Notes: generated from the letters alone by a model not told the origin. A stretch of DNA of 57,176 bases from Promethearchaeota archaeon (GCA_016839765.1 JAEOTP010000049.1:1-57176), one strand, 5' to 3'. Shown: positions 1-8,769, counted from the first letter of the stretch. A program made the numbers and translations.

Positions 1-470
1 GGATTCTATCTGTCAGGTATGTTGGATGACTGAGGGTAAGGGAAAATCAGTACGAGAGGAACATTTTGCCGGCGCCTCTGGTGTACCGGTTGTCTGACAA
101 GGCATTGCCGGGCAGCTACGCGCTAACGGATAAGTGCTGAAAGCATCTAAGCACGAAGCCGGTCCTGAAAATAGTCATCCAATCTTATCTCACACCGTAA
201 CGAAGCATTTTCATGGATTTCAGCTGATAAAGGTTGAAAGGTCTGCCTGTGAAAACCATAGTAAACCGTAAATGCACACATAGTGCAGAAGTGTCATAGT
301 TGGAATGTATGGAGTGTGGAGTGACAAGAGTGGGGCGCGGTGACGCGAACCATGGGGATGAGACGAGCGCACCCGTAAAAGACGGGGTTAGTGAGGTGGG
401 GGTGTACGTAGGGAGCTTTCGGGTGACCTATTCAGCCCGCCACTCTCAACCGCGCGAGTGTGTGGCATTC
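1..470 (+). rRNA. rrl: 23S rRNA, 3' terminal part (domain VI); 5' part outside window, 3' end approximate
   Basis: Sarcin-ricin loop AGTACGAGAGGAAC at 49-62; GGATAAGTGCTGAAAGCATCTAAGCAC motif at 128-154; H94 pairing GGATGACT (24-31) with AGTCATCC (173-180); CCCGTAAAAGACGGG hairpin at 372-386. Confidence 0.97.
183..363 (+). other. Expansion segment ES39 (helix 98 region) of the 23S rRNA, about 180 nt
   Basis: Long insert between H94 3' strand and H99; closed by TCTTATCTC (183-191) pairing with GGGATGAGA (355-363), including G-U pairs. Confidence 0.85.
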
Positions 471-638
471 GAAAGAGGATTTAAGGATTCAGGCTTAGAG
501 CATTCAAGGCTTGTGTAAAGAAGATGGTAAATGAGATGATGGTTAGTAAAAGAAGGAGTGTGTTCCTGTAAGTAATTATTTTTAAAATTTTTATTAAAAA
601 TAGAAAAATTTTTCATTAATCCTAAACCTGTAATATTT

Positions 639-779
639 ATGAAGGATAGCTATTTATCAGGGCCTAAATATTGCCCAGAATGCGGGAAAGAATTAGAATC
701 TTACGCTAATAGATGTAAATATTGTGATATAGAATTTGGTAATAGAAACCAAAGAAAAAGATCACAGAAAAATAAATAA
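639..779 (+). CDS. Small zinc-ribbon protein, 46 aa (not in ORF track)
   Basis: ATG 639 to TAA 779: MKDSYLSGPKYCPECGKELESYANRCKYCDIEFGNRNQRKRSQKNK, with CPEC-x10-CKYC. Confidence 0.7.
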   Translation: MKDSYLSGPKYCPECGKELESYANRCKYCDIEFGNRNQRKRSQKNK

Positions 780-780
780 A

Positions 781-1068
781 TTACAAATAGAATGTAGGTT
801 TAGTACTCTTTTTGAACATTTTACTTTTAAATAAGATGTCTTTTTCTGCTATTAACCAGCAAAGAACATCATAAGGAGGTTTAGAAAAAAATATTCTTGC
901 AGCTCTTTTTCTTATTTTTTCTGTTTGAGGTCTTATAAAGTTGAATTGAATAAATAATTCCCTTTCAGCGAGCATCCAACACAAAGTATCATAAGGATGA
1001 CTTTTTTGGGAAAGAAAATAGGCAGCAGTGTTAATTTGGTTTTTTAAATTATTGGGTATTTCACTCAT
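781..1068 (-). CDS. Small protein with two tandem DUF2934-like helical repeats
   Basis: AAYFLSQKSHPYDTLCWMLAERELF and AARIFFSKPPYDVLCWLIAEKDIL. Confidence 0.7.
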   Translation of the reverse strand: MSEIPNNLKNQINTAAYFLSQKSHPYDTLCWMLAERELFIQFNFIRPQTEKIRKRAARIFFSKPPYDVLCWLIAEKDILFKSKMFKKSTKPTFYL

Positions 1069-1216
1069 TTTTTCAATAAGAAATATGGTAATGCGATTTA
1101 AAAAATTTATTTATCATAAATAAAATTATTAAAGAAAAAAAGTAGTACAATATCAAATATTAAAAAATAGAAAAACCACTCTAAACTTAAATTAGTTATC
1201 ATCAATTAATAATGGA

Positions 1217-1435
1217 ATGAAGCATAAAAGTTTAAATCTCCTGAATTTATCTTCAGAAAAGCATATTAGAGAAAGAAATTGTTTTAGGTGTGGAAAGGAG
1301 TTAACATTTGAAGACTTTTTGAAGAATAAAGGAGTAAGTGATAAAGAGGAATTTATTAAAATATGGAATTGCAAATACATTGAGTTGTTTTGTTGTCGCT
1401 GTTATAATCTAAAAATGAAATATAATTCATTTTAA
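1217..1435 (+). CDS. Small Cys-rich putative zinc-binding protein
   Basis: CFRC ... CCRC motifs in 72 aa. Confidence 0.65.
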   Translation: MKHKSLNLLNLSSEKHIRERNCFRCGKELTFEDFLKNKGVSDKEEFIKIWNCKYIELFCCRCYNLKMKYNSF

Positions 1436-1539
1436 GGGAATATTAATGGTTACGGCTTTTTCTTTCTCAATCGTTTAAAATAGAAAAGTAAACATTTAAT
1501 AACACTTGAATATAAATTATTGATAAATTCTTATTAAAT

Positions 1540-1986
1540 GTGTGGGAAATAATGCCAAAGTTAGAAATGAAAATCGAATTAAAGGCGCCTGTTGAAAAAG
1601 TTTATGGAATCTTAAATGATTATATGGGTTTGCCAATATGGAATATAGTAGTAAAAGAAATAGAACAACTTGAGCCAAAGAAGTATTTCATTAAATCAAA
1701 CGTAGGAGATATAATGAATATAGAAATAGAAAACATTCCAAATAAGAGAATGACATCTATCCAAGAAGGAAGTCCTATGGAAAAAATTGGATATATCTTT
1801 AAACCGCTAGGTGATAAAACAGAGGTTACAATATGGACTGAATTTGAATTAGAAAATCAAAGAAGCGTTCTTGGAATCGCTACTGACTTATTCTTGAAAA
1901 GCTTAAAGGTGTATGTCGACTATATCATGGCAGGCGGAAAACCTGAAGAATATAAAAAGTCTTTTGAAGAAATTAAGAATGCATAA
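1540..1986 (+). CDS. SRPBCC (START/polyketide cyclase-like) family protein
   Basis: IELKAPVEKVY...D...LPIWN N-terminal signature; likely start at the second Met (MPKLEM). Confidence 0.8.
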   Translation: MWEIMPKLEMKIELKAPVEKVYGILNDYMGLPIWNIVVKEIEQLEPKKYFIKSNVGDIMNIEIENIPNKRMTSIQEGSPMEKIGYIFKPLGDKTEVTIWTEFELENQRSVLGIATDLFLKSLKVYVDYIMAGGKPEEYKKSFEEIKNA

Positions 1987-2074
1987 AACAAATTCTTCAT
2001 AATAAGTTATACTTTCTTAATATTTTTTTTAAAAATTCTTCACTATTCAATATTGGTCCCTATAACTCTAAAAT

Positions 2075-2299
2075 ATGATTAATTTATTTTTTATTTTAAG
2101 AATAAATTTTAATGATTTAATTGGAATTGAAATAAAGAGCAATACTGCAATAAAAAGGGAAGATTGGGAAAATTTAAGAGAATTTAGAAAAGCACCATTT
2201 AAAAAAAGGTATTTAGAAATAATAGAGACGGATAAAATGCTTGAAAATGAACTAAAAACAGAAATTCTAAAATTAAATTCTCAAAATAAAAATTGTTAA
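2075..2299 (+). pseudogene. Possible fragment of the DUF4143-like C-terminal domain of an AAA ATPase
   Basis: LIGIEIKS-x7-DWENLREF resembles that domain; no N-terminal ATPase part present. Confidence 0.35.
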
Positions 2300-2437
2300 G
2301 ATATATCTTTTTATAAAATTCTAATATCTAAAAATTTAAAAATTTAAAATTTACTATAAAAGCAGTAAAGAATTTTGATAGAGTAATTTTTTTATTCAAG
2401 ACAGTAATATCCATTCAAGATATTACGGGGTTGAGCG

Positions 2438-3817
2438 ATGCCGTATTTTCACATTAATGGTATAGGATTTAATTGTGGTTATAATAAATTAAACTGTCCT
2501 AAAATTCTTAATTCATGTTATGAATGTATTGAAAAGCGACTATCAACTATGGGATTTGAAATTAATCAAGAATTCAGAATCTTTGAAATTGAATCTGATG
2601 AAAAGCGCTTAAAAATAGAAAGAGAACAAATATGGCAGAAATTCTTAGATGTTTTAAATATTAAACATATTATTATTATGGATAAAGAATCGGGCTTACC
2701 TATTTTAAATTATGCGGTTTCAGGAGTAGAAATAGATCCTGGATTATTAAGTGGATTCATTCAAGCAAATATAACTTTTTCTGAATCAGAACAGGTATCT
2801 CCTAATAGAACAAGCTCGGTTGTAGAACAGCTTTTTTATGAATTTCAATATAAAAGTTTTAATATTTTATTAAGAAATGGAGAATATATTAGGCTCTGTT
2901 TAATACTTGACCATAAAGCCAGTGATAGTATGAGATATCAAATGCTTCAATTCTTAGGTGAATTTGAAGATACTTTTAAAGAAGATTTATTGAAATTTCA
3001 AGATACAGGGGCTATCGATTTTGATGAGATGATAGAGTATATAGTTAAATCATTCAATGTAAATTTAGTCTTTCCAATGACTCTAGCTCATTCAATTCCG
3101 CCCCATGAAATTAAAAAGATTACTAAAATTTCAATTCAAAAAGCAATTTATAATTTAGCAAAAGAACTTCTGATTTCAAAACCATTCTTCTTTATAAATA
3201 GATTGCTAAATCAAGTAAAAAATATTGTAAATATTGATGCAGACATAGTTCTCTTTGAAATAAATAAACTCCTAGAGCGAAAAATAATTGTCCCTACTAA
3301 GCTTGAAGCTGTAATAAATAAAATTGAAACAACACAAGAAGCTAATCATAAAAAAATTAACTCAATTAAACCTATTTCTTCAATTATCATCACAGATAGC
3401 GATCTTGAGCAATTAAAAGCAAACATAGAATCTATAGATGAATTTACTGCAAAAAAGTTAATAAAGGAGTTTATGAAAAAAGGTAAAACTGCTGAAAAGG
3501 ATCGAGCCTACCAAGTTGCTAATAAAGAGTATAATAAAGCGCTTTTTATTGCTAAAGAACTCAAATTGAAGGATCAAATCTATAAAATTTCAAACACCAT
3601 TTTCGAACTTGATAATACAAGTAAAAAAGTCGAATTAGATTTTGCTTTAGAAAAAGCAGAGAATTACGAAAAAAATAAAGACTATATCAATAGCATTCAT
3701 TTTTATCAAAAAGCAGTAAAATTACTTGAAAAATTTCTAATTTATAATTTAGCAGATGCAGATTCTCAGCTCAAGAAATTAAAAAAGAAAATTATTAAAT
3801 TAAGAGAAGAAATTTAA
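2438..3817 (+). CDS. Asgard longin-like domain protein with N-terminal Cys cluster and C-terminal TPR/MIT-like helices
   Basis: IIIMDKESGLPIL...IDPGLLSGFIQA longin-type motif; four Cys in first 30 aa; helical repeats (AEKDRAYQVANKEYNKAL; AENYEKNKDYINSIHFYQKA). Confidence 0.75.
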   Translation: MPYFHINGIGFNCGYNKLNCPKILNSCYECIEKRLSTMGFEINQEFRIFEIESDEKRLKIEREQIWQKFLDVLNIKHIIIMDKESGLPILNYAVSGVEIDPGLLSGFIQANITFSESEQVSPNRTSSVVEQLFYEFQYKSFNILLRNGEYIRLCLILDHKASDSMRYQMLQFLGEFEDTFKEDLLKFQDTGAIDFDEMIEYIVKSFNVNLVFPMTLAHSIPPHEIKKITKISIQKAIYNLAKELLISKPFFFINRLLNQVKNIVNIDADIVLFEINKLLERKIIVPTKLEAVINKIETTQEANHKKINSIKPISSIIITDSDLEQLKANIESIDEFTAKKLIKEFMKKGKTAEKDRAYQVANKEYNKALFIAKELKLKDQIYKISNTIFELDNTSKKVELDFALEKAENYEKNKDYINSIHFYQKAVKLLEKFLIYNLADADSQLKKLKKKIIKLREEI

Positions 3818-3821
3818 ATAT

Positions 3822-3879
3822 CGCTTAACTAGAACTAGAAAACCTTCGCTGAACTAGAAAACGCTGAACTAGAAAACCT
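3822..3879. repeat. Short tandem/nested repeat between convergent genes
   Basis: CGCTGAACTAGAAAA twice in tandem (3847-3861, 3862-3876); GAACTAGAAAACCT at 3832-3845 and 3866-3879. Confidence 0.85.
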
Positions 3880-3891
3880 ATTTGAATGACT

Positions 3892-4677
3892 TTATAATCT
3901 ATAATAATCGATTCTTCTATCATTAAATAAATCATTATAGTCATTTAACTTTTTATTTCTTGCATTAATAACTTTAATATCTCTGAAATCTAAAAATAAT
4001 TCATCACTTGGTGCTCGGGAAAGCACTTCGCCATTATACGAGGTAATCTGGCTTGCTCCAGTGAATAGAAAGTTGTCAGACCCTCGCTTTTCTTCACCAA
4101 TCCTGTTGGATGTAACTGCATAGACTCTATTCTCTAAACAACGGATGACCATAGCTTTCTGGCAATATGGAAGCACTAAATTTGCAGGATGAGCTATTAT
4201 ATCCGCTCCAAGAAGAGAGAGAGATCGCATCGTTTCTGGGAAAAACCAATCAAAGCAAATCATCATGCCAATTTTAAATCCTTTAATTTCAAAAACATTT
4301 AAAGCCAAATTTCCTTGTTTAAACCATAATTTCTCTTTATAATAAAGATGTAATTTCCGATAAATTCCAATTATATTTTTATTTAATATCATCAATGCAG
4401 AATTATAAATATCATCTCCAACTTTTTCTATAAAACCACCAACAATTATAGCACCGGTTTTTTTCGAGATATCTTTTAGAAAGTTGGCAGTTTCCCCGTT
4501 TTTACCTTCTGCTAGATTATCAACTTCTTTTCTAGAGATAAATGTATAACCCGTGGCAAAAAGTTCAGGTAAAACAATCAAATCTGCCTTCTTCTTAGTT
4601 ATTAATTCCTCTATTTGTTCAAAATTTTTCCTTTTGTTTCCAAATATTGGAGAACTTTGAACATAACCAATTTTCAT
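3892..4677 (-). CDS. Carbon-nitrogen hydrolase (nitrilase superfamily)
   Basis: LPELF (Glu), YRKLHL (Lys), ICFDW (Cys) catalytic triad. Confidence 0.95.
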   Translation of the reverse strand: MKIGYVQSSPIFGNKRKNFEQIEELITKKKADLIVLPELFATGYTFISRKEVDNLAEGKNGETANFLKDISKKTGAIIVGGFIEKVGDDIYNSALMILNKNIIGIYRKLHLYYKEKLWFKQGNLALNVFEIKGFKIGMMICFDWFFPETMRSLSLLGADIIAHPANLVLPYCQKAMVIRCLENRVYAVTSNRIGEEKRGSDNFLFTGASQITSYNGEVLSRAPSDELFLDFRDIKVINARNKKLNDYNDLFNDRRIDYYRL

Positions 4678-4767
4678 AAGTTTACTTTATTCATCTTTAA
4701 AAATTAATATTGTTATTAATATGAGCAATTTCATAAATTGTTGTTATATTTGTTATATTAAAAGGGA

Positions 4768-4876
4768 GACCCCTGCCAAAAGACCAAATAATTGGTCATA
4801 ATCATATAAAAATAAGAATTGTAGTGAATTTTTATTCACCATCAAAAGACAAAAATCCAGGGTATTGGCAGGAGCC
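4768..4876 (-). ncRNA. Candidate structured non-coding RNA, about 110 nt, family unknown
   Basis: 12-bp closing stem GGCUCCUGCCAA/UUGGCAGGGGUC (2 G-U pairs, fully paired only on the - strand); two internal hairpins; TTAAATA box about 24-30 nt upstream; U-tract just downstream. Confidence 0.5.
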
Positions 4877-5033
4877 ATTTATGTATTTTTTTATGAATAT
4901 ATTTAATTTAAAGGATATTAACTCATCGTTTTATTTAAATAAGAATTTAACGTTATGATCTTATATTTTTAAAAATCTTAACTCTTTTTCGGAGTATTAA
5001 GAAAAAAAAATCTAAAATAAAATAAGGTATATT

Positions 5034-5525
5034 GTGTTGACAAAGTGTTTTCTTTGTAAATCCATTATTAATGGAATCCCTTATAGATGTAAATATTGTG
5101 GTCTAACATTTTGTAGCGAACACAGAATTCCAGAAAATCATTCATGTTCTTATGACTTAAGAATAGAATTGAATGAAGTTATATATGAGGATGCGTTAGA
5201 ATTTATGGACCAAAAATTAACAGTGGCTAAAATCTATGAGTATGTAACAAAAAAAGAGTTGAATAAAGCAGAAGCCATCAAATTACTAAATTATTTTATA
5301 GAAAAAAGCGAAAAGGTCGATGACAGAATAAATAGTTTAAGAGCTTTTGAACTACTTAATCTTAATAATAAGGAAGCGTATGGAATTCTCGAAAATAGTT
5401 TACTCTCAGATGAAAATCCTGAAGTTAGGAAAACAGCAGTAAAAGTTTTAATTAAAATTTTTCCAACAAAGAGTAAAACATTATTGAAATGGGCAATTAA
5501 TCATGATAACCAATTAAATTTATGA
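5034..5525 (+). CDS. AN1-type zinc finger plus HEAT-repeat protein
   Basis: CFLC...CKYCGLTFCSEHRIPENHSC; C-terminal LENSLLSDENPEVRKTAVKVL. Confidence 0.85.
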   Translation: MLTKCFLCKSIINGIPYRCKYCGLTFCSEHRIPENHSCSYDLRIELNEVIYEDALEFMDQKLTVAKIYEYVTKKELNKAEAIKLLNYFIEKSEKVDDRINSLRAFELLNLNNKEAYGILENSLLSDENPEVRKTAVKVLIKIFPTKSKTLLKWAINHDNQLNL

Positions 5526-5560
5526 AAAAATAAATACATTTCAATTTTTAATAACTTTAA

Positions 5561-5989
5561 TTATCCTAGATCTCTTGATAACTCCATCGCTAGACTAAGA
5601 AACTCTCCATAAGTAATTGCATCTTGAAGATTTCCCTCTATACTAAGATCCCCTGCCATATAAGCACTAGTAGAATTAATTTCACCCTGCATCATTCCTC
5701 CCATGATCTCTTGCCTACAAGATAGGGTGTATGAGGGATCATCAACTTCCCCTTCCCCATAATCGAATTTCCCACCCCCTAATTTAATCCAGCATTTAAA
5801 ATCTGGGTCGCTAATTACAATTTGGGCAGAAAATTCATTAATGTCTTCTAATTCTTCTTTTAATTCTTCATTTTCCACAGATAATTGTTTGATGAATTCA
5901 TAAATTTTAAGTATATTCTCAGGTTTTTCGACGACTTTTTTATTATCATACAAATCTTTTATTTCAAGTGCTAATTTTACATCAACCAT
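5561..5989 (-). CDS. SCP2 sterol/lipid-binding domain protein
   Basis: GEINSTSAYMAGDLSIEGNLQDA signature. Confidence 0.9.
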   Translation of the reverse strand: MVDVKLALEIKDLYDNKKVVEKPENILKIYEFIKQLSVENEELKEELEDINEFSAQIVISDPDFKCWIKLGGGKFDYGEGEVDDPSYTLSCRQEIMGGMMQGEINSTSAYMAGDLSIEGNLQDAITYGEFLSLAMELSRDLG

Positions 5990-6164
5990 ATACTATCTCA
6001 TCTTTTTTATCATTTTTTTAAGTTTAAATCTCAATCTTAAAGAAATTAATTAATACTCTTTGAAGTATTTTTTCACTTCCTCTAAAAATCACAAATATTG
6101 AACTCCCTTATTTTTATTATTTTATTAAATTATATAGGATATAAAATTCACAGGTTACAAAAAA

Positions 6165-6602
6165 TTGACTATTGAAATTTTAAAGTCGGTATATAAAAGA
6201 AGGGAAAATAGATTTTTTGAGAATTTGTGGATAATTGAGAGAAAATCTGGTATTTGTATTTTTAATAAAGTTTTCAAAAGCATTAAAAAGAAACACCTCT
6301 CTATTGATTTAATATGTGGATTCCTTTCAGCAATCTCTATGCTTGCTTCAGAGGCTTTTGCGGAAGATATTAAGTATATTAAGCTCTCAAATAGCAAATT
6401 ATACTTTAAGTATACTACAAATTTCTTGTTTGTATTATCCATCCAAAATGAAAATCCATTTAACTCTCATAAAATTAAAACTCTAATTGATGATATTTCA
6501 GATTTGTTCATCTTTTATTATGATAAAGATTTCGAAAGTTGGGATAGGGATATTCGTCAATTTAAAGCTTTCTCTAAATACTTAGCAAATATAGTTTATT
6601 AA
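6165..6602 (+). CDS. Longin/roadblock-like single-domain protein
   Basis: LWIIERKSGICIF...DLICGFLSAISMLASE; TTG start. Confidence 0.75.
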   Translation: MTIEILKSVYKRRENRFFENLWIIERKSGICIFNKVFKSIKKKHLSIDLICGFLSAISMLASEAFAEDIKYIKLSNSKLYFKYTTNFLFVLSIQNENPFNSHKIKTLIDDISDLFIFYYDKDFESWDRDIRQFKAFSKYLANIVY

Positions 6603-6803
6603 AAGTATATTCTAAATTTTATACATTTAAAAGTTGATCTTTTTGTCAAAATGTAATAACTAATAAAATTTTATTTTGTTCTGATATTACAAAAACTATA
6701 CTTTAATCGAACTTTTTATATCTAAAATTACATAGATAACATTATTGAGGAATTTAGTGATTATTTAACATTACATTAGTTACATAGTAGTTGTGTTGAA
6801 ATT

Positions 6804-7322
6804 ATGCCCAAACCAAAAGTTTGTAAAACAATAATCGCGGGAGATGGAGGAGTTGGAAAGACCTCATTTTTGAATCGATTAGTCTATGATTATTTTAGTG
6901 ATGGTAATGAATTAACGAGAGGTGTTGATTTTTATTCAAAAATAACACAAGTTAATGGTACAGAATTTAATTTCATTATGTGGGATTTTGCTGGTCAACA
7001 TCAATTCAAAAAAATACTGGACGATTTCGTTGATGGTTCGATAGCAGCGTTTATTTTATTTGATCTTACTCGAATTAACACTCTTGAAAGCGTTTATGAA
7101 TGGATAAATAAATTAAAAGCATTTGGAAGAATTCCAATTATTATATTAGGAACAAAGTATGATCTAATAGATTCTGATACATGTAATTCATTGGATGATT
7201 ATATTTCAGATATTATTGTTTGTTACGAAAATGTAATTGAATATTTGAAAATTTCATCTAAGACAGGGCTTAATGTAAATCAAGCATATGATTTATTGAT
7301 TAAGAATTTAAATAATTTTTAA
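6804..7322 (+). CDS. Ras-superfamily (Rab-like) small GTPase
   Basis: GDGGVGKT, TRGVDF, WDFAGQ, GTKYD, ISSK. Confidence 0.93.
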   Translation: MPKPKVCKTIIAGDGGVGKTSFLNRLVYDYFSDGNELTRGVDFYSKITQVNGTEFNFIMWDFAGQHQFKKILDDFVDGSIAAFILFDLTRINTLESVYEWINKLKAFGRIPIIILGTKYDLIDSDTCNSLDDYISDIIVCYENVIEYLKISSKTGLNVNQAYDLLIKNLNNF

Positions 7323-7337
7323 AAAATAAGAATATGT

Positions 7338-7526
7338 TTGAATTATTTCTTTCTCTATCAAAGCGGGTTTACATCAAAGCAAATTGTGAGAAAGATTTTT
7401 GGGAAAGAAAGTATATTTAAAATTATGACCGGTGGAGATATATCAAGAGAAAATTTGATTAGGTCTTTATTAAGATTACCCCCTCTTGACAAAAGGAAAT
7501 CTCGAAAAACAAAAGCAAAAAAATAA
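7338..7526 (+). pseudogene. Possible C-terminal fragment of an MBL-fold hydrolase
   Basis: KQIVRKIFGKES...MTGGDISRENLIRSLL recalls the tail of some MBL-fold proteins; no HxHxDH core. Confidence 0.3.
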
Positions 7527-7555
7527 ATTAGAGTTAGAAACTATTTATGTATAAA

Positions 7556-8590
7556 TTAAACTCTAACCATCCATTTAAAAGTATCTTCGATATCCAATCT
7601 CTGAATTCCAGTTAATAACTCATAAAGCTTTCTTGTTAACTCGCCTGGTTTTCCCTCGCTAAAAATTCTTTTTTTATCTTCAATTACAACAGACTTAATT
7701 GGGGTGATAACAGCGGCAGTACCTGCGCAAAATGATTCTGAACAAGTATCTTCAAACAATTCTTTATATGAAATATCTCTTTCTTCGATTCTCATTCCCA
7801 ATTTATTTGTAGCGAGTTCTAAAATTGATTTGCGTGTAATACCTGGCAATATTGTACCACTTAATTCAGGCGTAACTAATGTTCCATTGATAACAGCAAA
7901 AAAATTTGCTGTACCAACTTCATCAATATATTCCATATGAACGGCATCAAGAAATATTACTTGTGCATACCCTCTCTCCTTAGTTTCTTTTACTGGAAGC
8001 ATAGATCCTGCATAATTACAACAAGTTTTAGCAGCACCAGTTCCTCCAGGAGCCGATCGAGTATATTTTTTAGTGATTTCCAGATCTATCCCCTGAAATC
8101 CTTCGGGGAAATAAGGCCCAACAGGAGTTACAAACATTATAACTTTATACTCCATTGCTGGTTTTACTCCTACTATCGGCCCATTACCAATCATTATTGG
8201 ACGGATATATAATGCTCCACCGCTATCATACGGAGGTATATATTCTTCATTAGCTTTTACAACTTGCTTGATTGCATCAATAAATTTATCTGGGTTATAA
8301 TTTGGCATTAACATTCTATCTGCACTATCATTAAATCTTTGTGCATTTAATTCTGGTCTAAATAAAGTAATTTCTCCGTTCTTAGTTCTTAAAGCTTTCA
8401 TCCCTTCAAAAATTCCTTGACCATAATTTAATATACACGCGGCTGGTGAGATTTCAAAATTACCGAAAGGAATCAGTTTTCCCTCATCCCATTTGCCATC
8501 TTTATAATTAGAGACAAACATAATCTTAGTTTCGATAAAATTAAAACCTAATGAATAAAAATCAATATCTTTAGGCTCCATAATCATCAC
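7556..8590 (-). CDS. ilvE: Branched-chain amino acid aminotransferase
   Basis: LNYGQGIFEGMKA, LYIRP, AKTCCNYA (PLP Lys), ILPGITRKS, GTAAVITP. Confidence 0.96.
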   Translation of the reverse strand: MMIMEPKDIDFYSLGFNFIETKIMFVSNYKDGKWDEGKLIPFGNFEISPAACILNYGQGIFEGMKALRTKNGEITLFRPELNAQRFNDSADRMLMPNYNPDKFIDAIKQVVKANEEYIPPYDSGGALYIRPIMIGNGPIVGVKPAMEYKVIMFVTPVGPYFPEGFQGIDLEITKKYTRSAPGGTGAAKTCCNYAGSMLPVKETKERGYAQVIFLDAVHMEYIDEVGTANFFAVINGTLVTPELSGTILPGITRKSILELATNKLGMRIEERDISYKELFEDTCSESFCAGTAAVITPIKSVVIEDKKRIFSEGKPGELTRKLYELLTGIQRLDIEDTFKWMVRV

Positions 8591-8769
8591 TTTCCTTTAT
8601 TTTATATCAGAGTTATTTAATGAACAGTTTATTAAAAAATGTTATTGATATTAAATGAATTTGATAAAACTTTCAGATAATCTTATTGCTGGTGATTTAA
8701 AACAAAAATTAAAATTTTTAATCTTCTTTATATTAATAAAGTGAAAGACTTGGAAATTCGATTGCATTT

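Noticed and set aside
300-518. 72-aa ORF in the ORF track
   Set aside because: It lies inside the 23S rRNA and its trailer; a by-product of higher GC content
4768-4876. Reading this element as 5S rRNA, SECIS, MITE or a 41-codon ORF
   Set aside because: No 5S conserved loops, no tandem GA quartet or upstream in-frame UGA gene, no target-site duplication, and the peptide has no recognisable features; kept only as an unknown ncRNA candidate
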